This document shows positions 46,150 to 51,401 of a DNA stretch of 61,605 nt, piece after piece. The notes beneath the pieces were generated by a model. It did no database searches, was not told where the DNA came from, and saw only the letters and a program-made list of their open reading frames with translations. The first letter of the stretch is position 1; the number at the start of each line of letters is the position of its first letter. This DNA is from Candidatus Pacearchaeota archaeon. Its GTDB lineage: Archaea > Nanobdellota > Nanobdellia > Pacearchaeales > GW2011-AR1. The stretch is from NCBI GenBank assembly GCA_018303785.1, contig JAGVXM010000001.1, positions 1 through 61,605 on the forward strand. Direction: 5' to 3'. Made by a program: the position numbers and the translations under genes.

Positions 46150-46262
46150 GATAGATAATAAAACTTATTCATATTTAAAAAGCTATCTTTATATCATGTT
46201 TCTCTATAACTTTTTTATCTTTTTGGAAATATTCTTTCTAAATATAATAATCAGCATATTTT

Positions 46263-46315
46263 CTCTAAGTGAGAAAAATCAAAAATCAGTATGTGGGAAC
46301 AATACTTCACACATA
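46263..46315. repeat. Repeat element copy C
   Basis: CTCTAAGTGAGAAAAATC...TATGTGGGAACAATACTTCACACATA. The last 26 nt match copy B at 22 positions by hand count. Confidence 0.55.
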
Positions 46316-46323
46316 TTTATAAA
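46316..46323 (+). promoter_or_regulatory. TATA box (TTTATAAA) 29 nt upstream of ATG 46345
   Basis: The spacing is leaderless and supports the internal start for rnhB. Confidence 0.45.
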
Positions 46324-46344
46324 TTATTCTTATTTTTTAACGGC

Positions 46345-46986
46345 ATGAAAGTTCTCGGCATTGATGAAGCAGGAAGAGGTCCGGTGATTGGTCCACTTAT
46401 TATTGCAGGCGTTATGATTGAAGACGGTGAAGAAGACAAAATTAATGGGGTCAAAGATTCTAAATTATTATCGCATAAAAAAAGAATCGAGCTAGATAAA
46501 AAAATCAGAGAAAATGCTGAGTTTATTATTATCGAAGTTCCACCAAAAGAAATTGATGAAGCATTAGAATCAGATACCTTAAATTTAAATTGGCTTGAAG
46601 CACACAAGCAGGCAGAAATTATCAATGCATTAAATCCTGATAAAGCAATTATTGATTGCCCTTCACCAAACTGCAAAGCATATGAAAAATATCTGCGAGA
46701 TTTATTGACAAATAAAGGTACAAAATTAGTTGTTGAACATAAAGCAGATGTGAATTATCCTACTTGTTCTGCAGCTTCTATTATAGCTAAAGTCAGAAGA
46801 GAAGATGTCATGGATGACATTAAAAGCATGTATGGTGACACGGGGCCTGGTTATCCTGCACATGCTACAACTCAGAAGTTTATTGAAGAGAACTGGGATA
46901 AGCATCCTGAAATATTTAGGAAATCATGGGCAACCTTCAAAAATCAGGAAAAGATGAAGAATCAAAAGACGCTGCAGGGGTTTTGA
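46345..46986 (+). CDS. rnhB: Ribonuclease HII
   Basis: MKVLGIDEAGRGPVIGPLIIAG and DSKLLS are seen. The start is moved from the ORF-track 46291 to 46345 on promoter spacing and family N-terminus. Confidence 0.85.
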   Translation: MKVLGIDEAGRGPVIGPLIIAGVMIEDGEEDKINGVKDSKLLSHKKRIELDKKIRENAEFIIIEVPPKEIDEALESDTLNLNWLEAHKQAEIINALNPDKAIIDCPSPNCKAYEKYLRDLLTNKGTKLVVEHKADVNYPTCSAASIIAKVRREDVMDDIKSMYGDTGPGYPAHATTQKFIEENWDKHPEIFRKSWATFKNQEKMKNQKTLQGF

Positions 46987-47040
46987 TATAACTCTCTTGC
47001 GTTTTTATTAACTTCTATAAAGTGGCAACAAAAAGTAAGA

Positions 47041-47048
47041 TTTAAATA
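47041..47048 (+). promoter_or_regulatory. TATA box (TTTAAATA) 29 nt upstream of ATG 47070
   Basis: It has leaderless spacing and is the first promoter of the 47070-51006 gene string. Confidence 0.45.
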
Positions 47049-47069
47049 CTTTAAAATCTTCTATACACT

Positions 47070-47408
47070 ATGAAAAACAGGCTACAGGGACAAGCATATG
47101 CATTCTTTGATTGTGATGCTTCCAAAGAAATAATTGAAAGTAAAATGCCAATTTTACGAAGAGAGAGTCAAACTCCGTCAGATTTAGAGCTTTCTTTAAC
47201 AGATGACTTAGACTCATTAAAAGAAGACGATTTACTATCTATTGTTCAGGAAGCAAAGGATTCGGGCATGAATTACCTCCTAAAGGCAACCTACCCCAAC
47301 GCAACTAATAAAAAAACTGCTGATGAGCTAGCTACAATGATAAATATGATAGAATTTAGTGGAGCTATAGTATATAAAGAAGGAGGTAACTACGTGTTTA
47401 AAGAATAA
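47070..47408 (+). CDS. Hypothetical protein (112 aa)
   Basis: It is the first gene of a co-directional, tightly packed cluster. Confidence 0.5.
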   Translation: MKNRLQGQAYAFFDCDASKEIIESKMPILRRESQTPSDLELSLTDDLDSLKEDDLLSIVQEAKDSGMNYLLKATYPNATNKKTADELATMINMIEFSGAIVYKEGGNYVFKE

Positions 47409-47414
47409 GGTAAA

Positions 47415-48173
47415 ATGGTAGACGCATATGATTTTATTGTTAACCAAAGAAAGAAGGAAATTGATGATAAAGACATTTCTGAAAAACTGGGGTTAGCAGG
47501 ACTTTCTTTTGGATTATCAGGAAATAAGTCATATGTAAGCAAAGAAGAATTAGAATTAATAAGAAGAGAAAAGTACAATTTTCCAAGTAATTATCTCCAT
47601 CCTCCTTTTTTAGTTGAATTTTCAAACGCTTATGTTATTGGAGGGGCTATAAAATTTAATGGAATTATTGAATCTAGAAGGACTTCTGGTTTATTCAGGC
47701 CAGATATGGCTTATTTATTTGTAGGAGATTTAATTGATGAGAATGGATTGTTGTTTTATCATCAAGGAGAGATATATAGAGATTCTGATTTATCACTAAA
47801 ACAGGTACTGACGGATTTCTCAAGAGCAAGAAACATGAATAAAAATAAGGATAAAGAACTTCAAATGCTTGCTATAAGAACTGGCTTTACATTAAGAACA
47901 AATCCATTAAAAAGAGAAGTTGAGGAAATGCCGGACATCGCGTGTTATAGTGTTGTTCATCCTGGAAAGTCATTTGGATTTGAATGGCCTTACTTAAATT
48001 TTCATAAAATTGAAATAAAAGAAAATGATCATGATGAACCAGAAAGAAAGGAGAGTGCTTTATCATTAGAATTATATAGGAATATACCTAAAGAAAATAC
48101 TGATAAAAGACAAAAGGTTTACGAAACATCCGATAATCCTCCAAGAAAAAATTCACAAGTATTAGAGTTGTAA
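47415..48173 (+). CDS. Hypothetical protein (252 aa)
   Basis: It lies 6 nt after the previous stop. Confidence 0.55.
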   Translation: MVDAYDFIVNQRKKEIDDKDISEKLGLAGLSFGLSGNKSYVSKEELELIRREKYNFPSNYLHPPFLVEFSNAYVIGGAIKFNGIIESRRTSGLFRPDMAYLFVGDLIDENGLLFYHQGEIYRDSDLSLKQVLTDFSRARNMNKNKDKELQMLAIRTGFTLRTNPLKREVEEMPDIACYSVVHPGKSFGFEWPYLNFHKIEIKENDHDEPERKESALSLELYRNIPKENTDKRQKVYETSDNPPRKNSQVLEL

Positions 48174-48177
48174 GAAA

Positions 48178-48450
48178 ATGAAATTTAAAACATCAAACCT
48201 TATTGGAACAATGAATGCATTAGCAGCAGGTATGATTAGTTATAATTATTTAACCGATTGTTTATCAACGGGAAATGCTCGTGAGGACTACTTAATGGGA
48301 TTGCCTATTTTAATGATTTCTATTCTTCCTTTCGCTTTTGGAGGATATATTTTTACAACTGCTTTCTGTGATAAACTTAAAAGAAAAGATAGATCATCAG
48401 AAAATAACCGCTATCATCTTGAAAATAATTTGGAGAGGAGTTGTGAATGA
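48178..48450 (+). CDS. Small membrane protein (90 aa, 2 TM)
   Basis: It lies 4 nt after the previous stop. Confidence 0.5.
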   Translation: MKFKTSNLIGTMNALAAGMISYNYLTDCLSTGNAREDYLMGLPILMISILPFAFGGYIFTTAFCDKLKRKDRSSENNRYHLENNLERSCE

Positions 48451-48451
48451 A

Positions 48452-48595
48452 ATGAATAAATTATCATCTAACGATCTAACAAAAAAATTTTCACGACGAG
48501 CATTGTTCAAAGATACCGGTTTAGCTCTTGGTACAGGTTCTATCATTGGAACGGGAGCATCGTTGAAGGTGCTGAAAAACAAATCAGAGAATTAG
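48452..48595 (+). CDS. 47-aa ORF consisting essentially of a twin-arginine (Tat) signal peptide
   Basis: MNKLSSNDLTKKFSRRALFKDTGLALGTGSIIGTGAS contains SRRALFK versus the consensus S/T-RRxFLK. It terminates 10 codons later. Confidence 0.45.
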   Translation: MNKLSSNDLTKKFSRRALFKDTGLALGTGSIIGTGASLKVLKNKSEN

Positions 48596-48636
48596 CGTTA
48601 GATGTTTCAGAGTTATCCGGCTCATTAGAAGGAAAA

Positions 48637-49767
48637 TTGCGAACAGAAAGAAAAGAGCTTGAGAAACATTATACGCAAGGAACTTTAGATATTTACGAAG
48701 ATTTAGGAATTGCAACGCCCGCTGAAATAAAAGAAATCGAACAGATTATAGAAAATTATGAGGCATTCGAAGAACATTACAATTTTGTGGAAAGAGCACG
48801 CGAATTTAAAGATCGTATTGATAGACGATTGTTAACCCTAGATGACTCATTAGAATCTTACCAACCCGAAGCATTAAGAAATATTAATGACTCTATCAGA
48901 AAGTTTTTAGGAAAACCTGCAGGAAAAGAAGGAATTTCTCATCGGAAACAAGTAAAAGATCGATTAGAAAAATTATGTACTATTTATGATACGAACAGTG
49001 ATAATAAACGTGCACAAATCGAGGTTGTAAAAACATTAAATAATTATTTAGATGATGCTACCTTAACAAAAGAGGAAAAAGATCTTTATGGATTTTTAAA
49101 AGAACAGCATGAAAAGGGCTGTAGTAAAGAGGACTTTCGACATTTCGTCGACAACTATGATAATTATTCTGAAAGACAAGAAGTTTTATTGCAATTGAAA
49201 TCTTCATTATCTGAAGCTGAAGAAATTTACGGAAAGATACAAGAAAATAAAGCTTATGTGCAAACATTACAAGATTTATTATATCAAGGCATTGCACTAA
49301 AACAAGAAGTTAGACAAAGAAGTACACAAGAAGTTTCTCAGTATAAAAAACAAATTGATACACAAATAGGAGAATTGAGAGATTCAGTTGATGGAGTAAT
49401 AAAAGAACTTAAGCAAAAAGGTTATGCAATTGAAACAAGACAAGATTATATCGATAAAGGATACTTTGCTCAATCAATTGGTGCTTTTCTCAAACCCTTT
49501 GTTATAGGAGGCACGCTAATTGCAGGTTCACTTGCTGCTATCGCTGCATTCAGAGGAAGAGCTAAAACGAGAAAAGTAAGATCAACCCAACAAGCATTAG
49601 AATCTGCGGTAGAAGCACACAATGAAATTTCTGAAAAATATGATATAGTCCATAGAAATTATGAATTATTAAAAAAAGCTAATTCCTTATTATCCCAAAA
49701 ATACGAAACAGAAAAAAATAAAAACCATGACTTACCAGATTATACAGAGGGGAGTGATATATACTAA
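48637..49767 (+). CDS. Coiled-coil protein with a C-terminal TM segment (376 aa from a TTG start); probably the body of the Tat-signal ORF
   Basis: There is no ATG start and the frame is open upstream to 48472. It is offset by one base from the 48452 ORF. Confidence 0.5.
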   Translation: MRTERKELEKHYTQGTLDIYEDLGIATPAEIKEIEQIIENYEAFEEHYNFVERAREFKDRIDRRLLTLDDSLESYQPEALRNINDSIRKFLGKPAGKEGISHRKQVKDRLEKLCTIYDTNSDNKRAQIEVVKTLNNYLDDATLTKEEKDLYGFLKEQHEKGCSKEDFRHFVDNYDNYSERQEVLLQLKSSLSEAEEIYGKIQENKAYVQTLQDLLYQGIALKQEVRQRSTQEVSQYKKQIDTQIGELRDSVDGVIKELKQKGYAIETRQDYIDKGYFAQSIGAFLKPFVIGGTLIAGSLAAIAAFRGRAKTRKVRSTQQALESAVEAHNEISEKYDIVHRNYELLKKANSLLSQKYETEKNKNHDLPDYTEGSDIY

Positions 49768-49769
49768 AA

Positions 49770-50156
49770 ATGACAACAAAAACCCTAAGAAATTGTGTTT
49801 TAATCGAACCGTTCATCTGTGATGAAAATGACTCAGTTATAGATGTAGCAAAAAAACTGCGAGAAATATCTTTACGACATATTTTCGTTGTCAATAAAGA
49901 AAATTTTCCGTTAGGAATAATTTCAATGACTGACATAAACAATAGAGTTGTTGCAGAAAATAAAAATTTAAATACAACAAAAGCCAGGGATATTATGAGT
50001 AAGCCAATTGATATTTTCGACATAAACGATGACGTACAGAGTTCTTATGAAAAGATGGTCGAGAAAAATCATGTCATGAATGCAGTAACTGAAAACAAAA
50101 AGATTAAAGGTATTATAACAATTCATCAATTGATGAAACAATGCGAGGAGAAATAA
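49770..50156 (+). CDS. CBS-domain pair protein (128 aa)
   Basis: It has the two-CBS-repeat pattern (VIDVAKKLREISLRHIFVV..., VQSSYEKMVEKNHVMNAV...GIITIHQLM). Confidence 0.65.
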   Translation: MTTKTLRNCVLIEPFICDENDSVIDVAKKLREISLRHIFVVNKENFPLGIISMTDINNRVVAENKNLNTTKARDIMSKPIDIFDINDDVQSSYEKMVEKNHVMNAVTENKKIKGIITIHQLMKQCEEK

Positions 50157-50371
50157 TGGCAGAAGAAGAAAACGATTTCTTAGAAAGAATAAGAGAGTAT
50201 AGAAATGAATTATATAAAACTAGAGAAGCTTATATTAATTTAAATAACAATACTGCAAGAGGGCATCCAATAACAAAGCATACAATTTCAGTTTATGAAA
50301 ATGCAATCAAAAGATTAGAACAATTATTTCCCGAATTAACAAACCAACCAGAAGTACAAAAAATATATTAA
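50156..50371 (+). CDS. Hypothetical helical protein (71 aa)
   Basis: Its ATG overlaps the CBS gene stop (TAATG). Confidence 0.45.
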   Translation: MAEEENDFLERIREYRNELYKTREAYINLNNNTARGHPITKHTISVYENAIKRLEQLFPELTNQPEVQKIY

Positions 50372-50373
50372 AC

Positions 50374-51006
50374 ATGAACAAAGAAAAATTCACCAAAACC
50401 TATTTTGAAAAATTATTAGATGATGAAGGTATTGAGAAATATTTCAATCAAGCAAAAACAGAAAGAGAAAAAGAAATGCTTAAGGAAAATTTGCGATTGT
50501 CGTTAGAAAAATCTTATGAAACTTATGCAAAGGAATATTTTGATTCAAAGGGTATTGGAAGTTATTTATCAACATTTTTACGATATACCGGAGCTGGGGC
50601 AGATACACTAGGAACTTACATGTTCTGGGCATTAGGAGGCGCAGGCTTTGGTGCTAAAGGAATAGGATTACTGGAAAAAACAGCAGCAGATGCCTTAGAT
50701 AGCTATCATTATGCAAAGCATGCAAAAGGAACATTAACAGAAAAGGTTGGCGATGAATCCATGGCATTGGGAGAAGGAGTTGCAACACGTGCCGCAGCTT
50801 ATTTACCTTTAGGAGTAGGGGAATTAGCTGATCTAATGAGAGGAAAAAATAAATTCGACAATAAAGTTGTCGGCAGAGCAGTGGAATATGCAAAAAACAA
50901 TTTCGTAGATTATTTGAAACGAGTCGAAGAAAAAGAACCATATATTGTTCCATTGCAGCGATTCAAAAATCCTGCGTATAGTTCAGATTATGCGCAGGCT
51001 GCATAA
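50374..51006 (+). CDS. Hypothetical Gly/Ala-rich protein (210 aa)
   Basis: It lies 2 nt after the previous stop. Confidence 0.5.
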   Translation: MNKEKFTKTYFEKLLDDEGIEKYFNQAKTEREKEMLKENLRLSLEKSYETYAKEYFDSKGIGSYLSTFLRYTGAGADTLGTYMFWALGGAGFGAKGIGLLEKTAADALDSYHYAKHAKGTLTEKVGDESMALGEGVATRAAAYLPLGVGELADLMRGKNKFDNKVVGRAVEYAKNNFVDYLKRVEEKEPYIVPLQRFKNPAYSSDYAQAA

Positions 51007-51292
51007 AATACCATCTAATATACAATATGTAGGCTTTCAAATAGAACCTCAAGGTTTAGAACAATTCTTAAAAGAACAAGGATATGAGGCATAAGATTGT
51101 GAATTAATGGAGCGATATTTTAATGTGGAATATAACAACCCGCAACTAGATGAAAGAAAAAAGGAAGAAAGCGATCAATTTCCATTGGAATCATCCTACA
51201 AAATAATCACAGAAATGATCGATTGATACCCCCACGATGATTTCTCTGCAACCGATGAAGCAGAAAAGATTTCAAAAGAACTAGTACGTTGA
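50990..51292 (+). pseudogene. 101-codon frame with two internal stops (TAA 51092-51094, TGA 51224-51226) at the end of the cluster
   Basis: The frame reads MRRLHKIPSNIQYVGFQIEPQGLEQFLKEQGYEA*DCELMERYFNVEYNNPQLDERKKEESDQFPLESSYKIITEMID*YPHDDFSATDEAEKISKELVR. Confidence 0.35.
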
Positions 51293-51401
51293 TAATCTCG
51301 ATAATTTCTTTACCAAAGATCAAATATAACCAAACAAACTCTTAAAAACCTAAATCTCTTTGTAATTTATATAAATAGGTGATTAAATCTCAATTATAAA
51401 T

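Noticed and set aside
926-50953. Other short overlapping ORFs from the track: 926-1156, 2112-2345, 2346-2558, 4235-4447, 4331-4531, 5667-5942, 5800-6024, 6730-6921, 14182-14454, 17923-18153, 19901-20116, 21416-21598, 22329-22523, 24298-24486, 27165-27482, 28098-28358, 29941-30177, 31223-31499, 32756-33148, 33103-33363, 35975-36157, 36520-36735, 37408-37790, 41302-41508, 41628-42262, 45504-46054, 46148-46348, 46317-46676, 47390-47625, 48338-48582, 49058-49297, 49679-50023, 50654-50953. Beyond this range: 55731-55916, 58285-58479, 59547-59847, 61125-61367.
   Set aside because: Each is nested in, or antisense to, a longer ORF with a recognisable product or better coding context. None has its own promoter in register.
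18049-51226. Genetic-code reassignment of TGA (to Trp or Gly), suggested by three internal TGAs in Trp-plausible contexts.
   Set aside because: TGA terminates well-conserved genes at the expected C-termini (enolase 39756-39758, the SMC-like gene 54267-54269, rnhB 46984-46986). Long genes have no internal TGA. The same decayed frames also contain internal TAA and TAG. Nonsense mutation (TGG to TGA under AT pressure) is the simpler reading.
51226-51242. CCCCCACGATGATTT as a fourth att-like copy of the tRNA-Arg 3' end.
   Set aside because: Only ~10 nt match. The string lies inside a protein-like reading frame (..D*YPHDDF..) and has no partner repeat or cargo, so it is probably chance.
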